Origin: Candidatus Hydrogenedentota bacterium
GTDB lineage: Bacteria > Hydrogenedentota > Hydrogenedentia > Hydrogenedentales > SLHB01
NCBI GenBank assembly: GCA_963668025.2
Contig: CAXXTH010000010.1
Span: 1,248,001 to 1,312,000 of the forward strand
DNA length: 64,000 bases
Reading direction: 5' to 3'
Shown: positions 62,875 through 64,000 of the stretch, piece after piece
How positions within the stretch are numbered: position 1 is the stretch's first letter
Layout of the letters: each line of letters begins with the position of its first letter
The notes under the pieces: generated by a model
What the model was told of the DNA's origin: nothing
Seen by the model: only the letters and a program-made list of their open reading frames with translations
Database searches by the model: none
Made by a program: the position numbers and the translations under genes

Positions 62875-64000
62875 TTGGCGAATCCGGGAAAGACAGCCCG
62901 CGAAACCGAAGCGGAGCAATTCCAAAACGAATATACCGTTGCCACGGCGGATCCGACGCTCGAGCGGGGGCCCTATATCGATGGATTCTCCTCGAGGACG
63001 GTCATCGGCGCGATATTTGTCGCGATGATCATGATGCCCGGCTCGGTCTACCTGGGATTGGTGGCCGGGCAATCCCTCGGCTCCGCGGCGGAATGGGTGA
63101 CCATTATTTTATTCGCCGAACTGGCCCGGCGCAGCTTCGCCCATTTGAAACGGCAGGAAGTCTATATCCTTTTCTACGTGGCATCCACCATAGCGGCGAT
63201 GCAATTCGCCCAGCTTGCCTTGGCGGGCGGCCCGCTCGCGCTTAGCATCTGGAATCAGTATTTGTTGCAATCTCCTCAAACCGCCGGCCTTGCGGAGCAA
63301 ATTCCGGATTGGGTCGTGCCCGCCGCCGACTCTCCAGGCATACTCAACCGCAACCTCATGCATGTAGACTGGTGGTGGTCTGCATCCAAAGGATTCTTGT
63401 CTCCGATCATCCTTATCGCGTTCGGCTATTTATTCGGGCGCTTCGTATGGTTCGGATTGGGCTATTTGCTGTTCCGCGCCACGTCTGATGGCGAGCGGCT
63501 GCCTTTCCCGCTGGCGGCTATTGCGGCCCAAGGCGCTACGGCCCTCGCGGAGTCCACGGATCGCGAAGAGGGGGCGGAATTGGGGAAACGCTCGTGGCGG
63601 TGGCGGGTGTTTAGCGTAGGCGCAAGCTTCGGCATCCTCTTCGGAGCCGTATATGTGCTGCTGCCCGTAACGACCGGCCTGTTCATGAGCAAGCCCATTA
63701 TGCTGCTGCCCATCCCCTTTGTAGATTTTACACGCACCGCGGAAGGCATCTTTCCAGCCAGCCTGATCTCCATCAGTTTCGACATGGCGATCCTCATGGC
63801 GGGAATGATCTTGCCGTTCCGGCTGGTGCTGGGCATTTTCTCTTCCATTGCCGTGACCAACCTGATCGCCAATCCTATCCTTCAAAAAATGGGGTTCTTC
63901 CCGCATTGGTCGCCCGGCGGGGCATTATTAGTCAATCAAATGATCCTCAGTTTCGATTTTTGGATGAGCGCCGCTATCGGCTTGGCTTCCGCTGTAGCCT
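62875..64000 (+). CDS. OPT-like 'peptide transporter' membrane protein (3' truncated; not in the ORF track)
   Basis: TTG at 62875 after GAGG; open frame reading ...DGFSSRTVIGAIFVAMIMMPGSVYLGLVAGQSLGSAAEWVTIILFAELARRSF...ERLPFPLA... to the window end. Confidence 0.75.
   Translation, partial: MANPGKTARETEAEQFQNEYTVATADPTLERGPYIDGFSSRTVIGAIFVAMIMMPGSVYLGLVAGQSLGSAAEWVTIILFAELARRSFAHLKRQEVYILFYVASTIAAMQFAQLALAGGPLALSIWNQYLLQSPQTAGLAEQIPDWVVPAADSPGILNRNLMHVDWWWSASKGFLSPIILIAFGYLFGRFVWFGLGYLLFRATSDGERLPFPLAAIAAQGATALAESTDREEGAELGKRSWRWRVFSVGASFGILFGAVYVLLPVTTGLFMSKPIMLLPIPFVDFTRTAEGIFPASLISISFDMAILMAGMILPFRLVLGIFSSIAVTNLIANPILQKMGFFPHWSPGGALLVNQMILSFDFWMSAAIGLASAVA

Overview
Bacterial genomic window, probably from Candidatus Hydrogenedentes or a related diderm lineage. 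This is inferred from the style of the DUF1559 pseudopilins, PASTA proteins and C-terminal anchors, not proven. It has four blocks. (1) 1-5891: the 3' half of a restriction-like defence locus (DUF1156 methylase and PLD-SNF2 nuclease-helicase) with a HipA-like kinase and a DUF3037 gene wedged between them. (2) ~6000-44260: a ~38 kb glycan-utilisation island with two regulons (DeoR and LacI). It carries four DUF1559 pseudopilins, two secreted proteins sharing an LPA-TM-basic C-terminal anchor, GH36, GH127, SGNH and BNR enzymes, an ABC transporter, a RhaT-type permease and two unusual sugar catabolic operons. A small islet interrupts it (IS200 remnant, DUF2585, AT-rich DUF6602 nuclease). (3) 44566-56004: core genes surA-like, eno, ftsB-like, phoH, 7TM-HD, ybeY, two CNNM/CorC proteins (one with a fused PASTA domain) and DUF502. 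(4) 56143-64000: the start of an uncharacterised membrane system made of a DUF6785/6784 protein, a 1547-aa pseudo-M28-peptidase/FtsX fusion and an OPT-like transporter. No rRNA, tRNA or CRISPR array was seen. All family calls come from motif recognition by eye; no searches were run.
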